Assembly (NCBI GenBank): GCA_951406725.2
Contig: OX597817.1
Span: forward strand, 140,616,001-140,680,000
Length of the DNA: 64,000 nucleotides
Direction: 5' to 3'
Source of the DNA: Octopus vulgaris
Lineage: Eukaryota
Shown: piece by piece, positions 1-14,195 of the stretch
How positions within the stretch are numbered: position 1 is the first letter of the stretch
Layout: each line of letters starts with the position of its first letter
Position numbers and translations under genes: made by a program
The notes under the pieces: model-generated
What the model saw: the letters and a program-made list of their open reading frames with translations, nothing else
Told to the model about the DNA's origin: nothing
Database searches by the model: none

Positions 1-18
1 AATAATAATAATAATAAC

Positions 19-62
<44 letters not shown>

Positions 63-68
63 CAACAT
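1..68. repeat. (AAT)n/(AAC)n microsatellite
   Basis: Direct trinucleotide array at the window start. Confidence 0.95.
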
Positions 69-1015
69 AGCATGGTATGTAAAAAATGCCACAGAACCGC
101 TATTATTAGAAGTAAGAAGGTCAGGCTTGTGTAGGATGAGGGATTGCAAAGATAAAGCACTGTACAAGCAATTGAAAACGAATGAAACAGAAAATAGGTG
201 GGTAAAGAAAAGAATGCCTGGACAATTTTATTGGGATGCTGAAGATAAGTCCGACAGAGAAACAAGATGGATGTAGATGACTAAAAGTGATTTAAAACCG
301 GAAATGGAGGCTGTAATCTGTGCAAGCACTAAGAACAAATTACATCAAATACAGAATAGACAAAACATCAGAAAGTGATGAGTGCAGAAACTGTGGACAA
401 AACGGTGAAACCGTATGGCATATTACCAGCCAATGTACGCCACAAGCTCAGAAGGAATATAAGAGACGCCACGACAATATAGCAAGCTGAATGTGCTTAT
501 ATAAGTATGGACTTGACAGAACAAAAAAGTGGTACATCCATAAACTCGAAGACGTCATAGAAAATGATTCAGTGCGATTTGTGGGATTTTATGATTCAGT
601 GCGACCATGAGATAGAAAATCGGAAGCCAGACATAGTCTTAATTGAGAAAGAAAGCAAACTATGCTGGATCATAGATATAGATTGCCCAGCTGAGAACAA
701 GGTATACGATAAGGAAGAAAGAAAAGTTGATAGATATGACAGATTAGCTTGTGAGATTAAGCAGTTGTGGTCGATGAAAAAGGTAGCAGTAGTACCAATA
801 ATTGTCGGGACCCTTGGAACAGTGAGCAAACATCTTGAGAAGTACATGGAACAAATAGGGGCTGCAATAAGGGTGGAGCATACGCAGAAAACAGCACTGC
901 TTGGAACCGCTCGAATACTCCAGAAGTTGCTCGAAAAATAAGGGGTGTTACCTTGGTTCACTGGTAGTGAAAAGCAGGCACCATAGTACATCGTCAGCGT
1001 TAGCTGTGCAAAGGC
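69..1015 (+). mobile_element. Decayed 3' fragment of an R4/Dong-type RLE non-LTR retrotransposon
   Basis: Remnant zinc knuckle (ECRNCGQNGETVWHIT), RRHD, and ORF 564-941 with LWDF, RKPDIV..IDI and PIIVGTLG..KTALLGTARIL, typical of the restriction-like endonuclease. Flanked on both sides by (AAT)n. Confidence 0.85.
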
Positions 1016-1031
1016 AATAATAATAGTAGTA

Positions 1032-1086
<55 letters not shown>

Positions 1087-3737
1087 GAGAAATAGGGAAG
1101 GAGAAAGTAACCGTTAAAGAACCCCCTCCCATGGAAGAAGTTCAAAACTTTTGGAAAAGGATTTGGAGTGACAAGAAGACGTACAACATAAATGCAGACT
1201 GGATTATACAAACTGAAGGATCCTACCAAAATTTACAACAACAAGCATGGGAAGACATCACAATAGCAGACCTAAGAAAGGCACTCACGAAGGCCCATAA
1301 TTGGAAATCCCCGGTAAAGATAGGGTGCCGAATTTCTGGCTCGCATCGCTCCCGTGCGCACACGGTAAGCTAGTTCAGCTGCTCAATAGAATTATGAGAG
1401 ACCCAAAGAAAACACCTGAATGGTTAGCAAGTGGCATTACTTACCTACTCCCAAAGAATAACGAAACCAACCTTCCAAAAAACTATCGGCCTATAACCTG
1501 TCTATCCACCACGTATAAAATCCTAACATCTATCCTGGCGGAGAAAACATATGCATTCATGGAGAAGAACGATATTTTCCCCATTGAACAAAAAGGGTGC
1601 CGCCGAGGCTCTTACGGATGCAAAGATCAACTGCTAATCAATCGTATGATCCTTGAGAACTGTCACAACAAGCGCAGAAATCTCAGCACCGCATGGATTG
1701 ACTATAAAAAGGCCTTCGACAGTATACCGCATCCATGGATCTTGAGATCGCTGGACATCTTCAAAATTTCCCCTGTGATTTCAAACTTCCTGAAGCACAA
1801 TATGTCGTTGTGGAATACGAATCTCCAATTATACCACTCTAATGGAGTACTTGCCTCAGAAAATATAAACATCAACTGTGGAATTTTTCAAGGTGACTCA
1901 CTTTCACCTTTAATATTCTGCATAGCCCTAATACCCCTTACAAGTGAATTAAACAGAACAGGGTATGGGTATAAAATTGCCAATAAAAAAATAAGCCATC
2001 TATTTTATATGGATGACTTAAAACTTTATGGTAAAGACAATAATGAACTTGAAGGCCTATTGCGCACCGTGAAATCATTCAGCGATGACATCGGGATGGA
2101 GTTTGGACTTGAGAAGTGTGCCAAGGCCACTTTCCAGAAAGGGAAAGTGAAGACCACAAATTCAGTCGTGTTAGCTGTTGACACAGTCATAAGAGAGCTT
2201 GAGCAAGAACAAACATACAAATATTTATGGATAAATGAAGGCTCTGGTATTCAGCATGCAAGCATGAAAGAGAAAATCAGGAAGGAATGTTATAGGAGAG
2301 TTCGTGCAGTCCTGAAATCTGAACTAAATGCACGTAACAAGGTGTTAGCTATAAATTCCTAGCAGTTCCAGTTGTTACTTATAGCTACAATGTGTTGAAC
2401 TGGAATATGAGTGAAGTAAAGAATATAGATAGAAAAATACGCAAGCTGCTGAGTTGTAATAGGATGCACCACCCAAAGGCAGACGTAGATCGCCTTTACC
2501 TTCGCAGAGCCCAAGGAGGTCGAGGCCTGATCCAATTTGAACTAGCTTACAAAACAACCACAATTGGACTGGCCAAATATCTCGAAATATCGAATGACTG
2601 GATGCTAAAGCTCGTGGAAAATCACGAGAGACGAAAGAAGCTTCATTCTATCATCAAGGAAAGCAAAAAATTTGCTATTGATCTCGTGCAGGATACCCAA
2701 ACTGAACAACCCGAGGGAAGTACGGCAACTATTGCTGCAAAGAAGGTGAAAATGATGGCAATGAAAAAGCGCACGAGCAATTGGCTGATAGGTGGGAGGA
2801 GAAACCTCTGCACGGCAAATATGTGACCCGCAGCAAACAAGCTGATGTTGACCAGAAGCAAACCCATCAGTGGCTGCGGAGCTCAGGGCTAAAAGCAGAG
2901 AGCGAAGGTTTCATCCTGGCTGCTCAAGACCAAAGCCTATCAACCCGGAACTACCAGGCCAATGTGATGAAAAATGGAGCAGACCCAAAATGCCGATTCT
3001 GCAACGACATGATTGAAACAGTGGACCACCTAATCTCTGGATGTAAAGTCTTAGCACCAGTGGAGTATAAATTAAGACATGACAGAGTTGGCCAATATCT
3101 CCACTAGCTAATAAGTCGGCATTACAATATCAAAACTGCCGACAAGTGGTATAATCACCACCCTGAGGCTGTAACTGAAGGAGAAAATGTAACCATTCTG
3201 TGGGACTTTCCAGTACATACAGACCGAACCATCAAGGCCAATAAACCAGATATTGTTGTGAAAGACCAAAACAATAAAGTTTGCTTATTGATCGACATGA
3301 GCATCCCCTGTGATCATAATATCTCAGCGAAAGAGTTTGACAAGCTCAGAAAATATAAAGACCTACTCATTGAAATTGAGAAAATGTGGCATCTCAAGGC
3401 GGTTACAATACCAGTGATCGTAGGAGCACTAGGAATGATCAAGAAGGGAACCGAAAATTATATGAGAATGATCCCTGGCTTACCATCCCTGCAAGAAGTG
3501 CAAAAGATTGTCTTAACTGGTACATCACACGTATTGAGAAGAGCATTGTCGATGTGAGAACTGTTGCTGCTCATGCATTTTAATTTAACTTTAAAAAAAA
3601 AAAAAAAAAAAAAAAAGAACGAACTACTGAGTTTGGTTTAATGGCCTACCAATATACACTGAGTTTCTTTGCCCTAGGAGTCGGGAAGACACTCGGTAAG
3701 AAATGGAAGAAAATTTGAAAGAAGAAAAAAACAAAGT
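1087..3737 (+). mobile_element. 5'-truncated R4/Dong-type LINE (RT + CCHC + RLE) with a few frameshifts and a stop
   Basis: ORFs 1131-1373, 1301-2362 (NYRPITCL, IDYKKAFDS, GIFQGDSLSP, YMDD), 2392-2826, 2781-3107 (CRFC..ETVDHLISGC, RHD) and 3258-3557 (after KPDIV; IDMSIP, VIVGALG). Starts directly after (AAT)n and ends in (AAT)n at 3738-3760. Confidence 0.93.
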
Positions 3738-3899
3738 AATAATAATAATAATAATAATAACGAAATTAATAACTCTGTATTTAAATCAGGTAATTTGATT
3801 GCAATTACCATAATAACCAAATTAATTTAGGTTCTACTACATCTAATCCATATAAGCTTCAAAATAAAAATAGTTCGCATAGGAATAGCCCTCCCTCCC

Positions 3900-4620
3900 T
3901 CCTACCCATTCTGATGGACGCGCACACCTTTCAGTCTAAATGTTGTTTCTAACGTGGCTCGAAAAAATTTTCAGCCTTTGAATAAACATTTCCCTAAATC
4001 TTGACTGTATCATAAATTTTTCAATAGACACATGGTTAAACTGACACACTCTACCATGCATAATATTGCCGAATATATATCAAGATTTAACCGTAGTAAA
4101 TTAAACTGTGCATCTTTTAATACTACAATACCTGGAAGTAGCCTAAATAGCCATCTAAATAGCAGCAATGCAATATCTACTGCAACTAAACATTGATGTA
4201 CCAGATTCCAATAAGAATAGTGGAGCTGAACCCATCTTACCCACTAATAATCAAGCCAAGTTCGTTCTATGTAGCTTTCGTAATAAATTGCTATGTCCCA
4301 TTAATAACAAATGCCTTAGGAAAATATAGTGTATAAGTGTTCTATCACTTCTCTTGATAAAGACCATGTTTATATTGGTGCGTCCTCTTCTTCATTCAAA
4401 CTTCACTAGAGTAATCACAAATCTATTTTACGGCATAAAGAAAAGGCTAATAGTACATCCAAAGCTAGATTTGTACATTCTCTCGCTGATAATAGTATTG
4501 AATTTAAAAGTGCTCGCTCTATTGTGTGTAATGCACAACCATATAAGGGTGGTGGTGTCGGTGTGAGCTCTGTGTACTTGAGGCATTCCACATCAATAAA
4601 ATTAAATCGAATATTATTAA
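3900..4620 (+). mobile_element. Decayed Penelope-like element, RT-EN linker and GIY-YIG C-terminus
   Basis: Manual translation gives PFSLNVVSNVARK..NKHFPK, KFFNRHMVKLTHSTMHNI and SIVCNAQPYKGGG..CELCVLEAFHI, matching PLE motifs (PPFS..N.K, KIFNR.TVK.SYS.M.N, A.PY...C.LCL.E). Confidence 0.65.
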
Positions 4621-5580
4621 TGAGCGTGATGATTTGATTTTAAGCTGCCAGCACCTTAAATATAAATCATTCCTACATTCTAACTATACTTAAGCTTACA
4701 TTTAATTATCTACACTAATAAACTTTATAACCTTGATAAATGCTATTGAATAATTTCCCACCTTGATTAATCATAATATAGTCCCTCTTTAGTAATATAT
4801 TAGACTATATTTTGACTTTAATATATGTAAGACTACTTATTGCCTATTAATGCTAGCACATAAATGTAAATCGTCCATTTATGCTTGCTAATTCCCTGGT
4901 CTTACCTTACTAACAGACAATGTATTAAACTGCATCCAGACATTCTACTACCTAGATCAATACAATTGAATAATTCCCTACCTTTCTAACCATCATTTAT
5001 TTTCACCTTAGTGATAGACAAAGTATTGGAATATATTTAAACATTCCGCTATCTTCCAAAGCACTTAGTTCCCATTGATGCTAACATCTTAAATATAAGT
5101 AGTTCTTGTATGTTAACTACCTAAACTTACTTTTTATTATAAACCTACTCCAACAAACTCGATCAGTACAAATGATTAATTCCCTACCTCGGTTAACCAC
5201 AATTTAGTATCACCCTAATAACAGATAACGTATTAGACCATATTCAGAGGGAAATAGGAGAACGAATTTAAAAGTAAACATAAAAATGCATAAATATGTT
5301 ATAGTTGCAGTTCCATTATCCATGTAAAGTGGTGTGTAGAAGCAGTAGAAATGCTTCATGTCCGTGGTATGTAAATTCCAATCGGAGTTCATATTTTGCC
5401 ATCACAAATGGAAAGTGTGGAGACGTAGTTTCCATGTGTTGTTCATTCAAAGGGGTTTTGTAGTGGTAGTATTAAGTGGATAGAGAGGAGAGAAGAGATG
5501 TGTATGCTAAAACGAAGTGAGAGGTTAAAGGAAAAGGTAAGAAAGGAAGGAAAGAAAGAAGAAGAGAAAATGATACACAC

Positions 5581-5634
<54 letters not shown>

Positions 5635-5748
5635 CTTTATTCTGATACGTATGTATATATGCATAAATATGTATCCATATCTCTTTTAAGAATATGCATC
5701 TTTATGATCTGTACGTATCTAAGTGAGCATGTATATACATAATTTTAC

Positions 5749-5855
<107 letters not shown>

Positions 5856-6014
5856 TACTTGGAAACGGACGCGTGGCGTTCAGTCATATAATAACATAGA
5901 TAATATATATATATAAACGGCGGTGCATCAGCATGGCTGCAGCTCTGAGCTGAAACTAGAGAAAAAAATATATATGTATGTATATATGTGCATATATACA
6001 TACATATATGTATG

Positions 6015-7260
6015 CCCGACCGTCCAACGTTCTAGAACGCTGTCGGTCGGCATGGATCTGCCTCTCCAAGTACCGAGCTGCAGGCCCACTGACTTTTCCG
6101 GATTAATCTTTGCTCCCGTTACTTCCTCGTATTCTTTCACAGTAGTGTTGACCAGATCTATGTGCTTGTCGCTCGCCATTAGGACGGTGACGTCGTCTGC
6201 GTATGCCAGCACAACTTTCCTACATCCTAGTTCACGCGAGGTGCCTCTCAACGTCTCCAGTTTCCGAAATGATGGCTCGGGGGTCAGTACATACAGAAAG
6301 GACAAGAGTGGGCACCTTTGACAGACCGAATACAAGATGTTGAATGGTTCCGATAGGTGATCATTCACCTGGACTACCAAGCAGATGTCGCTGTCCATGG
6401 CAGCGATCCAACCGCGGAAAACCGGACCGAAACTGACCGCCGTGAGAACAGCCGCCAGATATTGATAGTCAACCGTATCGAAGGCTTTTGACTGATCTAA
6501 ATTGATCAGAGCCCACCCATGCCAGGTTTCTTAACTACCCTATCCACGATGTAGGGCATGTGGTGGAGGCTGTCGTGGATGGACCTGCTTGGGGCGGCGC
6601 ATGTTTCTGCGTCTCCAACTAGTTTCTCGACGACGAACGCCAATCTGTTTACTAACACACTGGCCAAAATTTTGATGCCTGCATTAAGCAGAGTGATGGG
6701 CCTAAAATTATCTAATACTTCCCCTTGTTTGGATCCTTTCTCAGCAGTAGCACTGCTCCTCGGCTCACAGATCTGGGAATTCTCTTATTCTGTTGCCAGT
6801 TGCAGTAGATATCTGCCAAGAGGCCTGCAAACAAGTCTGGCATACTAGAATTAAGCTCGTAGGGCAGACCTTCTAATCCCGGCGATTTGCCCCTCGTGCA
6901 GCCAATTATCCCCTCCCGTATTTCGTCAATTTTTATTGACCTTTCACAACACTCCGCATCGCTTGCTGAGAGTCGTGGAAAGCCATCGAAGTAGGCAGTG
7001 AAATCCATCCTGCGATCTGGCCCACCGTTCGTCCCGCATAATTTGGCTAAATGCTACTGAAAAGCCGCACACATCTGCTCCGACTCATTCCCTGTGCACC
7101 CATTTTAGTCCACCAAAGACCGAATGGTGTTTTTGTTGCCATTTTGTCCCTCAGCCACCCGGGCCCACCGGGCAGCATAGGTTCCCCCTTGTCTCAGAGA
7201 ACGTGCCTTAACTCTGACAATGCAGCCTTCGTGCTTGGCGTTGAAGTGTTCATCGGGGGC
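6015..7260 (-). mobile_element. L1/Tx1-clade LINE RT fragment (pseudogenised)
   Basis: ORFs 6712-7008 (GKSPGLEGLPYE) and 5928-6398 (degenerate RQGCPLSP, LAYADDVTV, GAKINPEKS); FRPITLLN and LDQSKAFD lie in between. Confidence 0.85.
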
Positions 7261-7797
7261 CAAAATTCTTTTTATTAACCACAAGGGCTAATAGACGATC
7301 GAGAAGACATAGTTGGGATGATGTGCCGATATATTAGAGACAATCAGGATTAAGAACCCACCAATCTGAGGTGTGTAGATAAGCAAAAGCTAAAAGCGGG
7401 AACTAAAGAGACAGATTCTGCCTTTGGACTATTCGAGACGGGAAATATAAGTGAAACCAACAAGATTATTTAGGCTGTTGCTTTAGTTGCAGCAGAAAGA
7501 GTTGAATACAAAAGAAGAGAACAAACATTTGTAGAAGAATTTGTGAGGACAAGTTGATAGATTGAAAAGAGGGGAACTGCAGAAGAAAAACATAAGAAAA
7601 AGACTGAAAAGAACGTATAGAATAAGAAGAAATAAAGGGTGTGATGTGATATTGGAAGAATTGAAACAAAGAGTAGTAATAATGAAGACAAAACTGAAAA
7701 GATATGACAATAGAAAAAGACAATTCAGGCAAAACAGAAGGTTTTGAAGCCAATCAGAAAAAGCTGGTTCAGATACTGGGATGGGCAATTACACATA

Positions 7798-7962
7798 AGG
7801 AGAGTTTACGAAAAAAACCAAAGACGAAGACTGGTGGTGTACAAAACAAACAGATGTATTAGTATAACGCTCAGGAATAGAAAAAGTCTTTTACGTTTCG
7901 AGCCTATGCTCTTCAACAGAAAGGGACACAGAAAAAAACAAGGAGAGAAAAAAAATGTGTGC
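7798..7962 (-). mobile_element. Short interspersed Penelope-pLTR-like repeat with minimal hammerhead-like motif (family copy 1)
   Basis: Same sequence recurs at about 30845-30945, 45346-45570 and 62215-62406; here inserted inside the Dong-type LINE. Confidence 0.7.
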
Positions 7963-8247
7963 ATACATAACATTGGTATCCGATGTAGTCAAAAGCAGAG
8001 CATTCTGGAGAAGAATTTGGGATCAACCTGTAAAGCATAATGATGAAGCGGGATGGCAGCATGAAATCCAAGATAGGTTAAGAAATACAGAAGGTGAAGA
8101 CAACATAAAAATAACTACAGAAATCATTAAAAACAAAAAACAGTTCAGGAAAACCCCAAATTAAAAGTGTCCCAGGGCGGATGGTATCCAAGATTATTGG
8201 ATGAAGAAACTGATAGGAGTCCATAAAAGATAGTGCAACAGCTAGAC

Positions 8248-8666
8248 GGGATCTTTTCGGTTTGACCGGCAGTTTTTTCTAGCGGTGTCATATGAAATTG
8301 TCACCCATAATTATGACCATAGTATCGATCTATTGCATTTCAATCTGTTTTAGGGTCAGGGTTAGGGGTGGGGGGAAGGGTATTTTTTTTTTCTTCAGAA
8401 ATGTAAATAAACCCAATCTGTTTCTTAAACGAGGGACATATTCATACGGCACAGAATGTTTTCACCTCAATAGACGTCATTGATTGGTTGAAATTGCAGA
8501 AATTGAAGAAAAAAACAACAAATATCCTACAAACTATAGAATTTTCTCAATAAAGCCAAGAGAAAAAGAGGTTTTATAAACACATTCTACCAGTATACGA
8601 AGTTTAAAAGTGTTTAGTTACATGGAAATTATTTTTAAAAACTGCCGGTCAAACCGAAAAGATCCC
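8248..8666. mobile_element. MITE with 30-bp TIRs and apparent 6-bp TSD
   Basis: TIR GGGATCTTTTCGGTTTGACCGGCAGTTTTT at 8248 with its reverse complement ending at 8666; flanks CTAGAC / CTAGAT; LINE homology resumes on both sides. Confidence 0.9.
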
Positions 8667-10694
8667 CTAGATGAGTTCTTGCAGGAAGGCGCTGTATCCA
8701 GCTGGATGACAAAGGGAAAGGCATTGTTGTGTACCCAGGATTCTTGAAAAGGGTAATATTATATTCAATTTTCGACCAGTAACATGTCTTCCGCTAATGT
8801 GAAAACCATTGCCAGGTGCTTTGGCCGGTGAACTATATGGATACTCAGAATAAAGTGGGCTGCTGTGTATTGAACAGAAAGGGTGCTGAAAGAGGAGCTG
8901 GAGAGCTAAAGCTCAGCTGTTAATTGATAATCTAATTATCAGGAACTGCAAGAGAAGTCACACAAACCTGAGCAAAGCATTGATTGATCGTCGCAAATCT
9001 TACGATATGATAACAAGAACGACAGAAATATATGGAGTGGCAGAAAACATGAGATGCTTTATATGGAACAGTGTGAAATGTTGGAGAACTGAACTGAGAG
9101 CAGGAAATCAGGAATTGAAAATCAAGGGAGGAGTTTTCCAGGGATGCAGGTGCATCCCCACCGGTCTTTGTGTTGGATGTGTGCGAAATATTACAGAAGG
9201 CAAAGTTGGGGGTATAATCTGGGAAACAGTAGGGAAAACTGAACTATTTGCTATTCAAGGATGACCTGAAGGTGTTCGCAAAAAGTGAGGCAGAACTGGA
9301 CAGCCTAATCCAGTTTGTGCAGATTTTCTAAAATGATGTCAAGATGGGATTTGGTCTCCCAAAATGAGCTACGATGGTGATGAGATGAGAAAAACTTGTC
9401 AGGACAGAAGGCATATGTTTGTCAAGTGATGACATCAGGAAGGCAATTCAGACTGAACTCGGATATAAATACCCGTGAATACTTGAGACATGTGGAATTA
9501 AACAACGACATAACACAAAAGACAAAGTGGGTGAGAAAAGTATTGGTTTCAACGCCAAATTTTAGAAAGATAATTTCGGCAATAAACTCGCACGCAGTCG
9601 TAGTAGATCGGTATGGTGCTGGAATTCTGAAGTGGACAGAAGAGGGACAAAAAGAGTTGGACAGGAAGATAAGAAAGCTCCTAACGATGCATGGAGCCCA
9701 TCATCCACGTGCAGACACTGATCGTCTAGTCCACGAAGAGAGCAAATGGAGGAAGGGGATTGATAAGTGAGGAAGACTGTGTACATATCGAACTCGGGAG
9801 CTTAATGAGATACCTATCCCAGAGTAAGGAAACCTTGCTAGTGTCAGTTAGGAATGGGGACATAATAAAAATAGAGAAAAAAGGAAAAACAAAACACGAA
9901 GTGCAAAAGCGACATGAAAAGGCATTACGCAACAAGGGTCTGCATAATCAATTCCATATGGCCTCAACTGAAGTTGCTGGAAAACATAGGTGGGATTGAC
10001 AGAAGAAAGGAACACTGAAGAAAAGAGACTGAGAGTTCTATACAGGTAGACAAGATTTGACCACAAACGATCAACTTTGAGAATGAGCAAGTGTCTCCAC
10101 TGTACTGCATTTGTAATAGAGTGGACGAAACCATTGTCCATATCACGAACGAATGCCCTAGACTTGCCCCAAAATACTACAAGTTGTGGTGACACGATCA
10201 GGTAGCGATTGTGCTACATTAGAAATTGTGCGGAAAGTGGTGTCTAGAGAGAGGCAAGATGTGGTATAAGCACAAACTGCAGAGAGTGGTGAAGTCGGAT
10301 ACTTGTAAAATCCTGTGGGATTTCTCAATCGAAGCACATCAGGTACCAGACCTAGTGGTGGTGGATAAGGTGCACCACATGTGCTATATAGTTGATGTTG
10401 CGTGCTCCTTTAACCCACGAATAGTCAAGAAATAATGCGGGAAAATCATGTGAAATCCTTTTAAGTGCGAAATAGTTCGAGTATGGAAAATGATGGAGAT
10501 AAAAAAATAGAGTCAATTACTGTCGGGTCCTTGGGGACAGTATCAGATGTCATCAAGTCTTGCCTCCATGGCACAGCCAGAATAATCAGGAAAGTATTCG
10601 ATAGTTGAAAAGATAGCATAGTACTGTAGTTTGCAGGTAGCAAAGCCGCTACGCATGCAAGACTGCAGGAGTTCCAACAAGACCTGAGTTACAA

Positions 10695-10714
10695 ATAATA
10701 ATAAAAATAATAAC

Positions 10715-10770
<56 letters not shown>

Positions 10771-10921
10771 TAATTATAATAATAATAATAAAAATAATAA
10801 TAACAATAATAATAATAATAATAATAAATAACAATAATAATAATAATAATAATAAATAACAATAATAATAATAATAACAATAATAATAATAAAAATGATA
10901 ATAATAATAATAATAATAACA

Positions 10922-10968
<47 letters not shown>

Positions 10969-11004
10969 CAAATAATAATAATAATAATAATAATAATGAT
11001 AATA

Positions 11005-11056
<52 letters not shown>
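10695..11056. repeat. (AAT)n array followed by (GT)n
   Basis: Direct inspection. Confidence 0.95.
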
Positions 11057-11060
<4 letters not shown>

Positions 11061-11379
11061 AAATACATATCAGTGTACATAATGCAGACAAAAATAACCC
11101 AAAATAATAAAAAAATGAGTAACATAATCGAATGATATTTTGACGAAAGTCTACATTTGCAACTCTGAGCTCCATTTTACAGTTTCTGCAGCAATAACAG
11201 AAATAGAATAGCAAAATCTTTTCTTGATTTTCGAAGTAAGCTATGTATGATTATATACGCGTGTGTGGATACATATGGGTGTGTGTGTGTGTGTGGTAAT
11301 ATGAGCTCTCAATTTATATTTGCAATGTACCCAGGGTATATAGCGTTGGAGATTAGTTTCGGAAATACATACACACGTG

Positions 11380-11417
<38 letters not shown>

Positions 11418-12473
11418 TGTTGTCATAGATATTGTGACATGTACGTTTATGTGAGTGTGTGTGTGTGTGTGTGTATACTATCGGATATATACTTACATGT
11501 TTGATAGAGACATAAAGTTAAAGATATACTACTGGGATCAGTAGAGAGAGATAGAGAGGGAGAGGAGTTATATATATGTATATTGATAGAGACGGTGATG
11601 GTTCTGTACACATGCACACACGCGCGCGCGCACATATATCCGTATATGCAGATATACATGTATACATACACACTTATATACATACATGCATACATACACA
11701 CATGCATATATACATATATACGTACATATATATATATATATATATGTATAGATACATATACACAAATAAATACAAATATACATATATATGTGTGTGTGTG
11801 TGTAATTAATGCAATGTATATATATATGTAAATATGGATATGGTAGGTTTAGTCAGAGTAATCTCAATATTCTGCCATTTGTATATAATATTCTTTTGTG
11901 GTATTCCATTACTGATATGAAGATTCTTTAAACAAGCCATAACGCTGGCGGCAGTTCCAGGAAGAATTAGAATAGAAATTCTCTAAAACTTGCAAGAAGT
12001 TTCTGTTTGGGCATTCCAAGTGTCAACAAGGTGACAGCTAAGATACTGTTGGGTCACTGAAGGACCTTGGACAGCTGTAGTGTCAAAGGTGAGAGGTTAG
12101 AAAATGTATAAGTCAATTTTGTGGATTTGACATCTTTTGTAGAGGGAACTGAAAAGACATCGACAAAGATTGTGCAATGGGAAAGGTGAGGAATGCGTTG
12201 CATTCAAAATACAAAATACCCATAATTTTATGTAAAGAATTTCCAATGTTCAGGCGCTGATCCTCATCTCCGATGAAATCTGAAAGTTCCGCATTTCAAC
12301 ACATGTTGAACAAATGGACTTTTCATTGGGAGTGTAAAGAAGAAAATGACAAAATGACCGCAGGACTTATCATACATATCCATTGGATTAGTAAAAAAAA
12401 CATCGCACATCGATGCGATAATACGCTGGACCAAACCGGTAGAGAGACACTTCTTGCTAAAATATTTGCCAAA

Positions 12474-12870
12474 GGCGCAGACATGGCTATGTAGTTAAGA
12501 TGCAACATTTGTAACCACGTGGTTTCAGGTTCAGTCCTACTGCACGGCATCTTGGGCAAGTGACTTCTACTACACCCCAAGGCCGACCGACTAATGCCTT
12601 ATGAGTAAATTTGGCAAGCGGCGACGGTGTAGAAACCTATCGTATGTGTGTGTGTGTTTGTCACGCAAACACACCCGACACCGCTTGAAAACCGGTGTTG
12701 ACTTTTTTACAATCCCGAAACGTAGCGGTTCGGTAACAGCCACTGATAAAATAAGAACCAGACTTCAAAGAAAACGTAAGTACTGAAGTCGATTTGTTCG
12801 ATTAAAACTCCTGGAAGCGGTGCCTCGGTATGGCCGCAGTCCAAAGACTAAAACAAGTAAAAAGTAAAAC
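12474..12870 (+). mobile_element. tRNA-derived SINE family B (CORE-like central part, internal microsatellite), diverged copy
   Basis: GGCGCAG..GGTTCAGTCC head and GGCATCTTGGGCAAGTG motif; homologous to 15808-16220, 31320-31735 and 63052-63441. Confidence 0.75.
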
Positions 12871-13676
12871 AAATAATGGTGAAGGAGCCTTGGGGAACGT
12901 ATTCGGCCATACACCAGGAACGTAATGATGAGGAGGCCGGCATACTCTCTCTATTTCATTGATTTTCCCCAACTGAACAAGGGAATGCTTACACTTAATA
13001 TCGTCCCAGTTGTGTTTAGAATCCTTCAATGTCTGATTGGAAAGGACCTGAGTCTGCAATGGAATGGCAGCGTTTAGATTTATTGATAGCTGAAGATTAA
13101 TTGAAGAAGAGGGCAGAGAAGCAGCAGTCTTAAATGTGATGTAGAGCGATGACAAGGTGTATGATGGGGCAGCCACAAAAGCATACACCTGTTTCCTATG
13201 CCTCTGAAAAAATTAAAAACCTTGCTTGGGATCAGCAAAAACCATGAATTATTTCCAGTTTTTGGGGTTTTTTTCAAATTTATAATATCTCGAATAGTAT
13301 GGGCAAAATATATTTACATTCATACATCAAAAAGAAAAATACGGATAAGGAATTACATATGGTATCATGTCCTTAATAAACATGTTATGTAAAACATAAG
13401 AAAGGAAAAAGGTAGTACCTGAAATATCTTTACAGCTGTTTCAAAAATTCGGTGACCGAGTCTCGTAGACTTTGGAATAATAGTAACTAAGAAGTGATTT
13501 CATACTCGTCAAAACTGTGGAACTCTCGAACCAGGGCCCTCTACCGGTTGCAGTTTAAAGTCATACACAAGGCATACATATATACATAAATACATATGTA
13601 TATGGATGTGCGTGTGGGGGGATGGTTATGTGTGTATACATACATACATACATACATACATACATACATACATACA

Positions 13677-13761
<85 letters not shown>

Positions 13762-13899
13762 GCACACACACATAAGCATGTGAAATAAATATCCATGCAC
13801 ACTACCCAGCATATTAAGCTATCAGATAATGATTTATGCTATATACTTTATTACTATTGCACACACAAAGATCCCTTTCGGTAACAAGTGACCATGGTA

Positions 13900-14195
13900 T
13901 TGTATTTAGAAAGTTCGCCCCTGAGGCGCAATTCCAGCCAAAGTTGTTTGTGGAAGACCAGCAATCGCTCATGCATACCAGCCCCCCTCTCTACGCCACC
14001 GATGTTGTTCAACGGAAAGGCAAAGGGGCCGGTACACCTTGGCACCAGGAACGTCACAATTAATTTCAACAGTTGAGTGAACTAGAGCAACGTGAAAGAG
14101 TTTTCCTCAAGAACACAGCACACAGACCGGTCCGAACCAGAGTCGAATTCACCACTTATGATTCCAAGCCTGATGCTCTAACCATTGAGCCAAGT
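13900..14195 (-). mobile_element. tRNA-derived SINE family D, diverged
   Basis: Minus strand reads GGCTCAATGGTTAGAGC..GAATTCGACTC..GTGTTCTTGAGGAAA; related to 53370-53663. Confidence 0.6.

Larger units (their letters stand above)
7270..10695 (+). mobile_element. Older, heavily decayed R4/Dong-type LINE interrupted by two insertions
   Basis: Fragments FWRRIWDQP, FRPVTCLP, IEQKGC, IDRRKSYDM, ISAINSHAV, GAHHPRADTDRL, ILWDF..PDLVVVDK..IVDVAC; followed by a long (AAT)n array. Confidence 0.85.

Noticed and set aside
5415-5450. Minus-strand TGAATGA..GAAACTACGTC hammerhead-like trace
   Set aside because: Core broken and stems unconvincing.
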